From positions 310,001 to 374,000 of the forward strand of contig NW_027266269.1 in NCBI RefSeq assembly GCF_022045235.1: a stretch of DNA of 64,000 nt, in the 5' to 3' direction. Under the pieces are notes generated by a model that did no database searches, had not been told where the DNA came from, and saw only the letters and a program-made list of their open reading frames with translations. Positions 26,147 to 40,384 of the stretch are shown here, piece by piece; position 1 is the stretch's first letter; the number at the start of each line of letters is the position of its first letter. Made by a program: the position numbers and the translations under genes. This stretch comes from Haliotis cracherodii (taxonomy: Eukaryota).

Positions 26147-26357
26147 GGTTGGTGGGTTTAACGCAACTTTGAAGGGCATTCAAGTTAGATCACTGCGATA
26201 AAGCCAACGAGCACACGTTTGGTGCTGGGAAACCTAGAATCATCCACGTTGCACATCGGGATTTGGTATCCACAATAGTAGGTTCCTGGTGTTCCCAAGG
26301 GAGGCAACCCCACACAGCGAATTGTGGCGCCTTTGACGACAGGGCCACTCTTGACAC
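26147..26357 (-). mobile_element. Divergent family-A-related SINE
   Basis: Minus strand starts GTCAAGAGTGGCCCTGTCGTCAAAGGCGCC and is similar to the family A body. Confidence 0.55.
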
Positions 26358-26651
26358 AGTATAATAAGGGGTATGGGGACGTTTTGTAAAGGTACCACAT
26401 TTTATTCGGCTTTTAGACAAGCATGGGTTATTTTCAAGCATTCTTATTAAATAATGTATTTTTTTCCAATTTATATGTGATAACTTCATAATATTTGTAT
26501 TGTATTAACTGTCACGTGACATTAATTTTATGATAGGGATCCAGACAAAAAGAATATTGCTGATCAACTTTAATTCATCCCTGCGAAACAATAAAACAAC
26601 AGTTGCTTTAAGATCTCTTTATAAACTTGTTCTTAATCCATGTACTCAAGG

Positions 26652-26816
26652 AGAGGTCGGGTAGCCTTGTGGTTAAAGCGTTCGCTCGTCACGCCGAAGA
26701 CCCGGGTTCGATTTCCGACATGGGTACAATGTGTGAAGCCCATTTCTGGTGTCCCCCGCCGTGATATTGCTGGAATGTTGCTAAAAGCGGCGTAAAACCA
26801 TACTCACACACTCACT
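26652..26816 (+). mobile_element. SINE family B
   Basis: Same consensus; partial copies also at about 22350-22445 and 47058-47150 (minus strand). Confidence 0.85.
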
Positions 26817-27619
26817 CTATGGGACCAGGTATAGTATGCGCGTGTGTTATTAGGGTATGTCTGAAGCAGTAGCTGTTGTATGCATTTACCACAACGACAA
26901 TAACGCAAGTACCACGTGTTGCAGGCGATCTCCGTATGCAGCTTCGTTGTCAACATTCCGCTTGTTAGGACAGCTCCAGGTGACCTGCTGTGTCACTGCC
27001 TGTATCTATTGTACACAAGGCGGAAGGTCAAGCAGAGTTTATCTGTTAAGTCTCGCCACGTTGAGATACGAGCTTTCCATTATTCTATTGTTTTAAACTC
27101 GCCGTGGTCGGTGACGCCAACCTTCGGCAACAATGCAACTCGGACAGGAACAGTTCTAGTGACATCACTTGTTATTAACAGAGGCATTCTTGTGACTAAA
27201 TATATATGTTTCTGAGTGAGCGGGTTAGGATTTACGTGTCCACTGTTTTACCAGGTGAAATATTAAGGGGTTATGAAAACTAGACGCTTGGTTCGATAAA
27301 TTATAACCCGGGCCATTTAAATGTATGGTGTTGTTGGGTTGATGATTAATGACACTATTGTGCGTTTGTACCGGATGAACTGTGTGTTGTGTTCCTTCAA
27401 CAAATGATTAAATTAAACTCACAGTAGAACGAAACAGGCATTGTTCTACCCGGAAATACAACCTATTGTGTTATGGTTTCAAATCTACAAATATGTTCGT
27501 TGAGCCTCCCTTGTGCACGTTAACGCATTTGATATTGTTAAGTTTTTTGCCTTGATGGACGATGGAAATATAGGATATACATTTCTATAATGAAAGACAA
27601 GTGAGGCAAATTTGGTTGC

Positions 27620-27830
27620 ACCCGTGATGATCCGGGTAGGAATAGGTCTTCAGCAACCCATGCTTGTCGTACGAAGTCGAAACGGGATCGGTGGTCAGGC
27701 GCGCATGTCATCGTATCCCAATTGCGTAGAGCGATTCTCATGTTGTCAATTACTGGATTGTCTGCTCCAGGCTCGATTATTTACAGACCGTCGCCATATA
27801 GCAGGTATATTGCTTAGTGCTGGGTTAATC
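27620..27830 (+). mobile_element. Retroposon family C
   Basis: Family consensus match. Confidence 0.7.
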
Positions 27831-28961
27831 AACTAGCAAAGAAATAAACTCAATCTAATTGCTCATCGTTAAAGCCAATCGTGAACATAAGTGTTCGAAT
27901 GTGTCTCAGGAACCCATGCTTATCGGAGGAGGTGACTAACGGGATCTAATTATCATGCTCCGTGACTTGGTGGATGCATGTCATCGTTACCGATATACCG
28001 ATGTTCATGATGTCAACCACTGGATATTCTGTTGCAGACTCGCATCAACCTTCATTATCACATTATACATGAACATACACGAGAGCAGACCGGCATCCAG
28101 ACACTGTTGTGTCAATGTCTGTACACCATGTGCAATGTATTACACTATCAGGAACATCGTTGAAGACTGTGCCAATGGTTCTCACTTTTGTTTCCAGAAT
28201 GAACTTCCTACCCGTATAGGGCTAGAATACATTGGAGTGTATCTATTCTTAAGTTACTTTGTCACATCACCCTTCAAAGCAAGTAAATAGACGTACCACA
28301 CAGCAATTACATAAGTTGTGTTGGTTTAATGGATACACACATGTTTTTCATCAAAGTTTATAGAGAAATGATAACAAACATCAGCATGTGTGCAGTGTCG
28401 AAAGTTTATTACTATAATGTACAAATATATCACACCCGATCTTTTTCAACCTTTTAAGAAAATTAAGAATTAGTGTACACTACTTGCAAATTTAAGGCAC
28501 ATTAGTACAAACACATACCCCACTGAGTCAAAGCGACACAAGTCCCTTTTCATCAAGGTGCTTCAGCCATGATGCTTCTCGTCTTTCGTGTATTCTATAC
28601 ACGTTAAATGATAACAACAACTTTGGTTTCATTGCTGATAGACCCATGTATTGTCAACTGGTAGTAACGATGTATACTGTGTAGGGTAGAGGCATCAACG
28701 TTCATGACATCATCATCATTGTCACCATATATACGTCACATGTTTTTAACGTTGCTGTTGTTGTATAGTGCTATGTACTTTGGGAACAGGGTCAGCTTAA
28801 TGAGGGCGGAATAACAAACAGAGGATCACCACTGATAAAACCGACGGGGGTGTGCTGGCAAAACAACGACATCAACAACTAGCGGGCCTGGCGCTTGAAA
28901 AAAGTAGAATTGATAGCTCAATAGACAGTGAACAGTTGTGTATAGATAAGTCATACAACAT

Positions 28962-30056
28962 TAAATAGGTTACATGTAATCAGCGGTCACAGGAACACAT
29001 ACAACATAAAATAGGTTACATGTAATCAGCGGTCACAGGAACACATACAACATAAAATATGTTACATATAACCAGCGGTCACAGGAACACATACGACATA
29101 AAATAGGTTACATATAATCAGCGGTCACAGGAACACATACGACATAAAATAGGTTACATATAATCAGCGGTCACAGGAACACATACGACATAAAATAGGT
29201 TACATGTAATCAGCGGTCACAGGAACACATACAACATAAAATAGGTTACATGTAATCAGCGGTCACAGGAACACATACAACATAAAATATGTTACATATA
29301 ACCAGCGGTCACAGGAACACATACGACATAAAATAGGTTACATATAATCAGCGGTCACAGGAACACATACGACATAAAATAGGTTACATATAATCAGCGG
29401 TCACAGGAACACATACGACATAAAATAGGTTACATGTAATCAGCGGTCACAGGAACACATACAACATAAAATAGGTTACATGTAATCAGCGGTCACAGGA
29501 ACACATACAACATAAAATAGGTTACATACAATCAGCGGTCACAGGAACACATACAACATAAAATATGTTACATATAACCAGCGGTCACAGGAACACATAC
29601 AACATAAAATAGGTTACATACAATCAGCGGTCACAGGAACACATACAACATAAAATAGGTTACATGTAATCAGCGGTCACAGGAACACATACAACATAAA
29701 ATATGTTACATATAACCAGCGGTCACAGGAACACATACGACATAAAATAGGTTACATATAATCAGCGGTCACAGGAACACATACGACATAAAATAGGTTA
29801 CATATAATCAGCGGTCACAGGAACACATACGACATAAAATAGGTTACATGTAATCAGCGGTCACAGGAACACATACAACATAAAATAGGTTACATGTAAT
29901 CAGCGGTCACAGGAACACATACAACATAAAATATGTTACATATAACCAGCGGTCACAGGAACACATACGACATAAAATAGGTTACATATAATCAGCGGTC
30001 ACAGGAACACATACGACATAAAATAGGTTACATATAATCAGCGGTCACAGGAACAC
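28962..30056. repeat. 46-bp minisatellite, about 24 copies, beginning at the gene C stop codon
   Basis: Unit cataaaataggttacatgtaatcagcggtcacaggaacacatacaa. Confidence 0.95.
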
Positions 30057-33000
30057 AATGGCGGGACCCTTCTCGCCATCGATAACGTCATAATAGGCAT
30101 GATTCGAATGACGGTTAGTATTAAGTGTATCTCCCTGTACTGTAGGTAAGTACTGCAGATACACCAACTCCTCTTGCTGCATCTGATCCTGGTGCTCCTC
30201 CTGTTCCCTGCAACATGGAGATATGCATATATTTAGGATATTTGTGCATAAACTACATTTTCACATGCGTACATGAGCTATTATCGTTTCGTCACCAGAA
30301 ACCCGCGAAGACCCGGGTAAAATAGGTTTTTAGCAACCCATTTTGCAATAAAAGGCGACTATGCTTGTCGTAAGAGGCGACTAATGGGATCGGGTGGTCA
30401 TGCTCTCTGATGCATGTCATCGTATCCCAATTGCTTGGATCGATGCTCATGATATTAATCACTGGATTCTCTGGTCCAGACTAAGTTTTTTACAGACCGC
30501 TGTCATATAACTGGAATATGAAACAACAACCAAACCAACCAATCGTCACCAGAAGCATAATCTTACATTTCTGATCTGTTAGAATGCGTCGAAACGTACA
30601 CTAAATCTGCAATCATATACGTTAGACAGATATTCCAGTGTTGCTTTACACATTCAAGAACATCAGTGATTAAAGTGTTGGGAATCATTGAAGCTACCAA
30701 CCGATCCTGCTTCTCTCAGAAAAGGATCGACCTTTCCCCCACCTTGTGGTATATTATGATGCATGTTGGTTCCTAATCTCTTCTCGTAATCATATCAGAA
30801 ACTACTGACACTAACGAACTTGATGCTTATTAAAATGTACATAATCATTATCAATTCAATAGATCTTCCAGCTACCCATGCTTGACTATGCCTGTCGTAA
30901 GACGCGACTAACGGGATCGGGTGGTCAGGCTCTCTGACTTGGTTGATGCATGTCATCGTATCCCAATTGCGTGGACCCATGCTCATGATGTCAATCACCG
31001 GATTTTCTGGTCCAAACTCGGTTATTTATAGACCGCCGTCATATAGCTGGAATATTTCTGACTTCGGCATTAAACAACAAACAAACAAACACACATTAAC
31101 CATAAGTGAATATTGCGCAATAATAACCCAGTCAGGGAGTTAACTGTCTTCTCTTAGGTGTGATAACAATTTCCTCCATTGAACAGTTTAACTAAATTAC
31201 GTTGATTTGATCAGTGGGGAAATGAAGATTTGACGTGTATGAATTACTAGCATATCCTGACAAAAACCCAAAATAAGTCATAGTGGTGTGAATAGTAAGT
31301 ATGGTTTGAAGCATGAGTCAAGTAAAATAAACATACAACACACTACAGGGGTCGTGTAGTGACTGTTACCATAACACTGCGACGAACTCACCTTTGTTTG
31401 GGGAAACGCTTGCAGTAACAGAGACAGAGTGTCAGCAAGATGCCCGACACAAAAAGTAGCATTGATGCCAACAGCCAAGTCAGCACACTGCCTGTCTTCT
31501 GATCGTCATTCCCATCTGGCAAAAAGACGAGCGACTAAATATTTTAAAATGTTTAATGAACTAGTCATTAGTGTCATGCACACTAGATCAGCTCTTGTTC
31601 CATGTCCTTGAGCAAACAAATAGCGAATATATTACGTTCGCCTTGATGAAGAGCATGGTCATACAGCGCAAGGAACAAGTTTACATTTTAAAATATTAAG
31701 GTACATTACACATGTGCGTGTCACACGTGTAGATAAGGTGCCTGTGTGGTGTATTTTTTAACATCGCACTAAGCGATATGAATGCTCCCGTTGTAAAACG
31801 ACGGCCTGCACGCAATCGAGTCCAGTGATTTGTGATGTGCAACTCTCTGTGTACCATGACATACTTGCTTTCGAGCCTGACATCCTGATCCATTTAGGTG
31901 TCCTTACTTCCAGCATAAGTTGCTGGGAGCACATGCATAGTGATGTACTGTATTGAGGAAGTAACTGAGTTGAGCAGTTTTACAAGTGTGACATTAGAAA
32001 CTGAGGATTTAGCATTTTGAACAAATTCATTTATACATTCATCTATCCAGCAGGTGTCTGCATAAGGGGAATGTACACCTTCGTAGTGTCGTGGTACACG
32101 TCCTTGTCATCTGATCAGAAAAACAAGAACATCCAGACATACTACACATGTATGGGTGTAGTTTTGTCGAGCATCCAGGTATACGACCATGCATACAGTC
32201 TCGGGAAGCCACGTGTCTTACATGTTTAGAGATACATAAGGAGGGACATCCAGGTATACAACCATGCATACAATCCCAGGTAGTCACGTGTCTTACATGT
32301 TTAGAGATACATAAGGAGGATCATCCAGGTATACAACCATGCATACAATCCCGGGTAGCCACGTGTCTTACATGTTTAGAGATACATAAGGAGGAACATC
32401 CAGGTATACGACCATGCATACAATCCCGGGTAGCCACGTGTCTTACATGTTTAGAGATACATAAGGAGGAACATCCAGGTATACAACCATGCATACAATC
32501 CCGGGTAGCCACGTGTCTTACATGTTTAGAGATACATAAGGAGGAACATCCAGGTAAACAACCATGCATACAACCCCGGGTAGCCACGTGTCTTACATGT
32601 TTAGAGATACATAAGGAGGATCATCCAGATATACGACCACGCATACAATCCCGGGTAGCCACGTGCCTTACATGTTTAGAGATACATAAGGAGGAACATC
32701 CCGGTATACAACCATGCATACAATCCCGGGTAGCCACATGTCTTACATGTTTAGAGATACATAAGGAGGGACAACTTGGAGTGTGAGTGAGTGAGTTGGG
32801 TTTAACACCACTTTTTAACAGTAGTTCAGTTATATCACGGCGTGTCAGCTTAATGTGGGAGGAAAGCCCGAAGTGATGCAGATCTCAGACGTTTACCACT
32901 TTGGTGAAACCAACGAGCACGGGGATGGTGCTGACAAACCTTGAAACATAATCGAGGTGAACCGGAATTCGAACCCACAATCATAGGTTTCTGGCATACC

Positions 33001-34276
33001 CAAGGGACGCAACTCTGCACAGTGCATCGCGACGCCTTAGAAAACTTGGCCACCCGTGCCCCCAGGAACGTATTGGATGAAATGAACACTGTTCAAGGGT
33101 AATTCATATGTGAAGGTTTATTATGGACATTTACCTACATTTGTATCAAGGCTATGCTTACATTGTTGACCACAGACATACTCACATGATGCGTGTTTAC
33201 AGCTGCAATCTTCATCAGTTCCATTGCAGGGTGGACATTCACACTTCGGACCAACGTATGGAGCGTGACACTCAGCACATTCCCCTGCCGTCCTGTTGCA
33301 GGACTTGCACCTACTTGAACAAGTCTTACAGTCAGTCCCATAGTAGGAGTCTACACATCCAGACACACAGGAGGAGCCCAGCTGACAATATCCTCCATCA
33401 CAACCACCTGGACATGCTGTACAGGTACCTCCTGGGTTGTAGCATGGCATTTCGCAGGCTGTACCTTGGTATCCAGATACGCAACCGTCAGTGCAGTTGC
33501 CATTGCCATTGCTTGAAAGTTCGCATTTCCTTTTCAAACAATACTTATTGCAAACAGAACCGCATCTCGCATCAAAATACCCAATGGTACACTCGAGGCA
33601 ATATCCCGTCGTGCTGTCACACTGTGAACAACGTTGGTTGTCCTTGCATGGTGGGGCAGGAGAAACAGAACTTGTATTCATCGCTGGGAATTGAATTTAA
33701 ACACTTGAGTTAGTATGCACGATACATTCAAGTATATTACATAATGAATAAGATAAGTCTACCTGTCGACATGAAAATTAATCTGAAAAACATCAACTTG
33801 TTTTGTTTTAATAGAGACACTCAGAAAAAGTAAAGCGGAAACGACTGGCTCTGTCACTGTCCATAGTTGATCCATCCTACTGAGGGGGCACGGGTGGCCC
33901 AGTCGTCTAAGGCGCTGCGATTCACTGTGCAGCGTTGCGTCGCTTGGGCACACCAGAAACCCATGATTGTGTGTTCGAATCCAAGTTCGCCCCGATTATG
34001 TCAGCACCATACCCGTGCTCATGGGTTTCACCAAAGTGGTAAACGTCTGAGACCTGCATAACTTCGGGCTTTCCTCCCACATTAAACTGACACGCCGTGA
34101 TATAACTGGAATAATGTTAAAAGCGGCGTTACACCCTTCACTCACTCACCTGATACATCCTACTAACATTACATTGAGGCCTACTGCAGGTTTATTCAGG
34201 TGAACTGTCCTCCGTCATTCTCACCTTGGCAAGAAACAAGAGTCGACATCAAGAACAGCATAATTAACTCGGTCAT
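30045..34276 (-). CDS. Gene C: EGF-like type-I membrane receptor, about 295 aa
   Basis: 34276-34225: signal MTELIMLFLMSTLVSCQ. 33683-33135: EGF. 31515-31392: TM VLTWLLASMLLFVSGILLTLCLCYC. 30207-30045: tail ending AYYDVIDGEKGPAIVFL*. Phases 1/1/2, total 888 nt. Confidence 0.8.
30301..30542 (+). mobile_element. Retroposon family C with 12-bp TSD
   Basis: TSD tcgtcaccagaa on both sides; another copy at 30865-31090. Confidence 0.85.
32170..32772. repeat. 75-bp minisatellite, about 8 copies, in an intron of gene C
   Basis: Unit gaacatccaggtatacaaccatgcatacaatcccgggtagccacgtgtcttacatgtttagagatacataaggag. Confidence 0.95.
32780..33063 (-). mobile_element. SINE family A (orthologous copy at 56420-56705)
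   Basis: Family consensus match; TSD-like ccaa(t/g)atgttcct in the gene E copy. Confidence 0.85.
33884..34149 (+). mobile_element. SINE family A (orthologous copy at 57543-57806)
   Basis: Family match; TSD gat(c/a)catcctact. Confidence 0.85.
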
Positions 34277-34879
34277 ACTTGTTCTGAAGAAATAGATGTG
34301 ATCATGCATATATACAATAAACATGTTTCATTACATTCATGCTGCTAGCTAAGATAACAAACATTTTTTATGCCACAAAATTTAAATAAGACACAGCTGC
34401 ATGCATTGCTACTCACTTGATTCCGGATAGCACTTGGATGGGAGAAAACAGACAGGGTAGTGTGTTTGTTGCTTATTTGTGAAACTTGAAATTTCATCGA
34501 ATTAGTTGGATTCACTTTTTCATTCCCTATTTACAAGGACATCATACTGTACGCTTTTGTTCAAAAAATCAACTGTATTTATATAAACCCATGCGATTGA
34601 CAGGTCCGTGTTTGTATTTAAAGGTATACTAACCACACAGATTCGTCATTAAGGAACAATGTCAGTGCCTGGTTAAAATATGAAATGAAGCATATTACTT
34701 GTTGTCTGTTAAACGTCACACGAGTCAATATTGCACATACAAGACGTTGATCTGTACAAAGTCTGCACCAGGCAATCCTATGATTACATCATGCACATCA
34801 ATCCATGAAGTTGGGAAACGATGATATGTAAGGAACCAGGTCAGCGAGTTTAATCACACGATCCAGACTGACATGTTGA

Positions 34880-36720
34880 CAGCCTCAATGTGACATCTGT
34901 GTTGTGTGATTGTATATGGGGCATGTGATCTATGTCATGCGGCATGTGGTATGAGATGCGTGAAATGTGATATGTGCCATGTGTCATATGGTATGTGATG
35001 TTTAAATTGTGGCATGCTATATTTGGTATTTGAAATTTGCCATGTGATATATGAAATGTGGCATGTGATATGTGGTATGTGATATGCGGCATGTTATATC
35101 TGGTATTTAAAATTTGGTATGTGATATCTGGTATATGAAATATGGTATTTGAAATGTTATCTGTGTCATGAGTTATGACAAATCTGTTTTTGTGTGCGAT
35201 ATTTAAGTGCCGTGTGACATGTGCTATTTAGTAGGTGTCATGTGTCGTGTCACATCTGACATTATTACGTGATATGTGGAACGTGATATCGTGCATGTCG
35301 TTTGTATCATGTGTCTTGTTTCATGTGGTATGTGTCACGTGGCATATAACATGCGTCCGTTGACGTGCCCCAAGTATTATCTGACATGGTATGTGGCAAT
35401 TGACATGTGGTATATAATATGCGGTATAGGATATGTATGGCAAGTGTCATGTTAGGTGGGATATTCTCACTTGGTATGAGACATATGCCATTTGATATGT
35501 GTGATATGAGAAATTTCTTATTTCTCATGTGATATGAATAATGCGTCATTCATGATGAGATGTGTTCTATTTGATATGTGGTGTGTACATGTGTCATGTG
35601 ATTTGTGATATGAGGTGTGTGATATGCACCATGTGGTTTGTGATGTTTGTCCTGTGTCATGCGGATGAGATGCTTGAATGTGATATCTGGTATTTGAAAC
35701 GTGACATGTGATATGTGATATGTGAAATGTGGCATGTGAACTATTGTATTTGAAATGTGGAATGTGATATGTGATGTGCGAAATATGGCATGTGAATTAT
35801 GGTATTTGAAATGTGGAATGTGATATGTGATGTGTAACACATGGCACGTGATATCTGGTATTTGAAATGTGGTATATGATATGTGATGTGTGAAAAATGG
35901 CATGTGATATCTGGTATTTGAAATGTGGCATGTGATATGTGATGTGTAAAACATGGCACGTGATATCTGGAATTTAAATGTGGAATGTGATATGTGATGT
36001 GTAAAATTTGACATGTGATATCTGGTATTTGAAATATGGAATGTGATACGTGATGTGTAAAACATGACATGTGATATCTGGTATTTGAAATATGGAATGT
36101 GACATGTGATGTGTAAAATATGGCATGCAATATCTGGTATTTGAAATGTGGTATATGATATGTGATGTGTGAAAAATGGCATGTGATATCTGGTATTTGA
36201 ATTATGGAATGTGATATGTGATGTGTAAAACATGGCACATAATATCTGGTATTTGAAATGTGGAATATGATATGTGATGTGTGAAATATGGCATGTGGTA
36301 TCTGGTATTTGAAATGTGGAAAGTGATATGTACATGTGAAATGTTGCATGTGATATGTGGCATGTGAAATGTGAAATGTGGCATGTCAAATGTAAAATGT
36401 GATATTTGCCATGTGGCATGTGCTATGTGGTATGTAAAAATGTGGCATATGATATGTGATATATGAAATTGTGGCAGGTGCTATGTAATATATGAAATTG
36501 TGGCATATGAAAGGTGGCATGTGATGTGTAATATGTCAACTGTGATATCTGTTATTTGAAATATGGTATTTTAAACTGTTATCTGTGCAATGTGTTCTGG
36601 CATAGCTGTTATATGTGTGATATATCATGTGGCATATAAGTGTTGTGTGATATCTGACATTGCTGCTTGATATGTGGAACGCGATATGTCTCATGCTTCT
36701 AGTGGCATGTGGCATGTGAC
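34880..36720. repeat. Degenerate heptamer-based repeat with a 56-bp core array (about 35700-36320)
   Basis: atgtga(t/a/c) heptamers; 56-bp period gtgatatctggtatttgaaatgtgg... Confidence 0.85.
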
Positions 36721-38916
36721 ATGTGTTTTCCTCATATTAAAAAAAGTTATTCCTTATGTTCAGTTTAGTTAAACATTTAATTCTAAGTTGTTAAACGTTT
36801 TATTTGAGTCAAACTTGTTCAGTGCGTTTTCTTCAAATATACATGCAACAAGCAACATGGTGCCATTCCTGATTTTCTGTGATCCACTCAAGTGAGAGTC
36901 ATTACCATTTTGTCTTTTACACCCAATGGAATATGTATCGGCAGATTATCAAAACTGGATAATCTCTGGCGTCATGATTGATATTTACACCTCTGAGATG
37001 AATCAGCAACATATACTGTCATGTCGTGTCTTTTTCCTGGTCATTTAGACCTTCGGAAAAGATCCGGGACAGAATATATCAAACGAAATCAGTTCACGTG
37101 CTCATGATCAGTTCAAATACACGCTAAAACCCCTATTTGCATATGGTAAGGATGTCCTCTTTCACGTAGTATGTGTGATCTGTCGTCGGGTTGGGAAGAA
37201 GAAACTTGGTGACTCACAAATCTAGTGACATCAGATTCCTGCTGTGACGGAACACTTCTGTGTGTGAATGCCTGACCACAAGATCAAGCCACTAAACACA
37301 ACCGTAGCTACATTATATGTTCCTGTGTGTGTAAAACAATGTTACAACAATAGTCAGAGAGTTGGAACTGATTGTAAGGAGTATCTTAACCCATAATCGT
37401 ATGTTTAAACTTGAGTATTGAAATACTACTAAATGCGTTAAACAACAAACACATACACTAACTAAAGGCTTTGCTCCCATATCACGCAGATAAAACGACA
37501 TGAATGACTAAGTTTCTACATCATGCATGTGTTTGTTGCATAAATAACACAACTACCACCTCCAATACATTGGAGAAAGTATCCATGGCAGAGGATTACA
37601 AGATGAGTGATAGATGTTGACGACTGTAGAGCGAGTGTGTTGCTAATGACGCTATAGTTGCTATGGAAACGAATACAACCCGCATCACCTGCAATGTCGT
37701 CTACCTTCTCCCGGGAAAGACGCGGGCTACCGAGTTGTGAAATTTCAAGTTCCTGTTTTGTTTCACACGTCAGCATACATTGGTGTGTGTGATGGCATCT
37801 TATGTTAATTAGACAAAACGTAATGAAGGAAAGTATGTCTTAACATTCATCTAAGCAATCACATATTACAAAATACACTATTTATTCCTGCCTGTTGATA
37901 AATGTCATGAACTAAGTAGCAGTCAATCACAACTCAAACTGATAAAACGCACAATTGCATCAAATGTTACTTCCTTGATACAGACGCACTGACATAGCGA
38001 CTCATCGAGAGTTTTACTCATAATATTTACGGTCAGGCAGGTCTGCTTGCCCTTGTTGATTTTTTCTACGCTAAAGAATATTTTTAACAATATGAGTTCT
38101 CATTTGTTTATCGTTTATATTTTAAATAGATAGAATGTACTGATAGATGTTGATGTTTATAGTTTTTTTGATAAATTGATAGTACAAAATTATTAACTGA
38201 GATTGTTTATAGCCTTTCCCTTGACAGGGGTTGTGCTGTTAAATTGTTGTGCCCCTGAGGGGGTAAGACCCGCAAAGCAGGGTATTCGTACCATAGTTTT
38301 TCATTGCACTATATTTGTAAATTTTAATTGTTCGCTAAAAATGCGCATAATCGCCAGCAGCTGAAGGGATGGTGAAAACCCTGCTGGGGAACCGTGAAGG
38401 CAGAAGAAGTGTCGTAAGTCACCAAGTCCCTGGTAAGGTGGCCTAACTGTTGTTCCTGACGGTCTTATAGCCCGTTTTTACATTGTGCTGTTGAATGATA
38501 GTTTATTATTTTACAGGTCCCCAAATATAACTAAAATATGTGATAGTGCTGTAGTTTACTGTCTTTCAGCGACAGGTTGTTATACAGTTTAAATATATTT
38601 GTTGTCAATGTTCAACTTTATATTGTCACGATATGGCTGGATTTTTGACGATGTGACGTTAAACTTTAACTCACTACTTATTATATTTAATTAATAAAGT
38701 GACAATTCTCTTTTGGAGAGAGACGGTTTTCTGCACGACTACCTCTCACAGTGAATAAAAATGTTTCTGAAAATAGTTTATAACTACTCCTCAGCTGTTA
38801 GTACATACGGTTGTGTCCTGTCTGTGCTTTATAATTAAGCTGCTATGCATTATGCAGAAGCATTTGTAGAACAGTTACACTCACAAACTGGCTGATGTAA
38901 CCAGGACTGTATGTAA

Positions 38917-39612
38917 CATGTCTCGCACTACATATAGATTAGTGTATGTAACACTATTCCCGATGCATAGCTACATAATATACCATGGCTAATGTCTCTC
39001 ACTACATATAGATTAGTGTATGTAACACTATTCCCGATGCATAGCTACATAATATACCATGGCTCATGTCTCTCACTACATATAGATTAGTGTATGTAAC
39101 ATTATTCCCGTTGCATAGCTACATAATATACCATGGCTCATGTCTCTCACTACATATAGATTAGTGTATGTAACATTATTCCCGTTGCATAGCTACATAA
39201 TATACCATGGCTCATGTCTCTCACTACATATAGATTAGTGTATGTAACATTATTCCCGAATGCACAACTACATAATATATCATGCCTCATGTCTCTCACT
39301 ACATATAGATTAGTGTATGTAACATTATTCCCAAATGCACAACTACATAATATATCATGCCTCATGTCTCTCACTACATATAGATTAGTGTATGTAACAT
39401 TATTCCCGTTGCATAGCTACATAATATACCATGGCTCATGTCTCTCACTACATATAGATTAGTGTATGTAACATTAATCCCGAATGCACAACTACATAAT
39501 ATAGCATGCCTCATGTCTCTCACTACATACAGATTGGTGTATGTAACACTATTCCCGATGCACAACTACATAATATATCATGCCTCATGTCTCTCACTAC
39601 ATATAGATTGGT
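38917..39612. repeat. 74-75-bp minisatellite, about 9 copies
   Basis: Unit catgtctctcactacatatagattagtgtatgtaacattattcccg... Confidence 0.95.
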
Positions 39613-40384
39613 GTCTGAGAGCTTAACATACAAGATGGACATTCAACACATTCCAAACAGTGTACCTTTATATGCAAACATGACATGCTATATAAATATT
39701 CCGATTGCACCCATCAAACACAATATTACATTTGAGAATTGGTTGATGACTATTTAGTTTTTGTGTCCAGACTGTTATATGCATGTGTTGTATTTATATC
39801 TGGCGTTTGTTTTATGATAGACAGAAAACTTTACTTTACATATACATATGACACTGCACATCTATTTATAATGCAACCTTGTAAACTGTCAACTCAACGT
39901 GCAGCAAATGTATTGTCTATCATTGGTTGTTATCCCTGATTGTTGCAGTGACAACAGTCATAGATTTGTTCACTCTATTTATAACATTACCAAACGTACT
40001 CTCAAATATGACCCGGACAACCGAAACACTCGGCACCGTAGTTTCTGTCACGGTTTTTCATTCCTAATAATTGCAGTGAAAGGAGAGCAATGCTATTCAA
40101 CTGTAATGAGTTCATAGATTGACAGAGACGGTGAAAACATTTGTCGGCGACAGATTCATGTGATATGTGTTGACATGCATTTCTGTTGTCATGGAAACGA
40201 AAACAAGACTGTTTTGTGAATTGTGTTTTATTTCTAGAAGCAAAAGTAGAGTCATGAAAAGAAAATAATATGATATAATGACGGTTGAGTTGATAGTGAT
40301 ATTAAAGGGGACAAAACCGTTTAAAATATCTGAAGTAAGACTGGCAGTGACAAATATCATTCTCCCAAATTCGAGGCGCATGTG

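Larger units (their letters stand above)
31365..36420. repeat. Segmental duplication, copy 1 (gene C block); copy 2 at about 53105-59350
   Basis: Colinear introns, two orthologous SINE insertions, 75-bp array and heptamer-based upstream repeats shared with 53105-59350. Confidence 0.9.

Noticed and set aside
28962-30056. Tandem arrays as CRISPR-like loci (also 2892-3788, 6886-7860, 44770-45715)
   Set aside because: No unique spacers, no cas genes, and a eukaryotic context.
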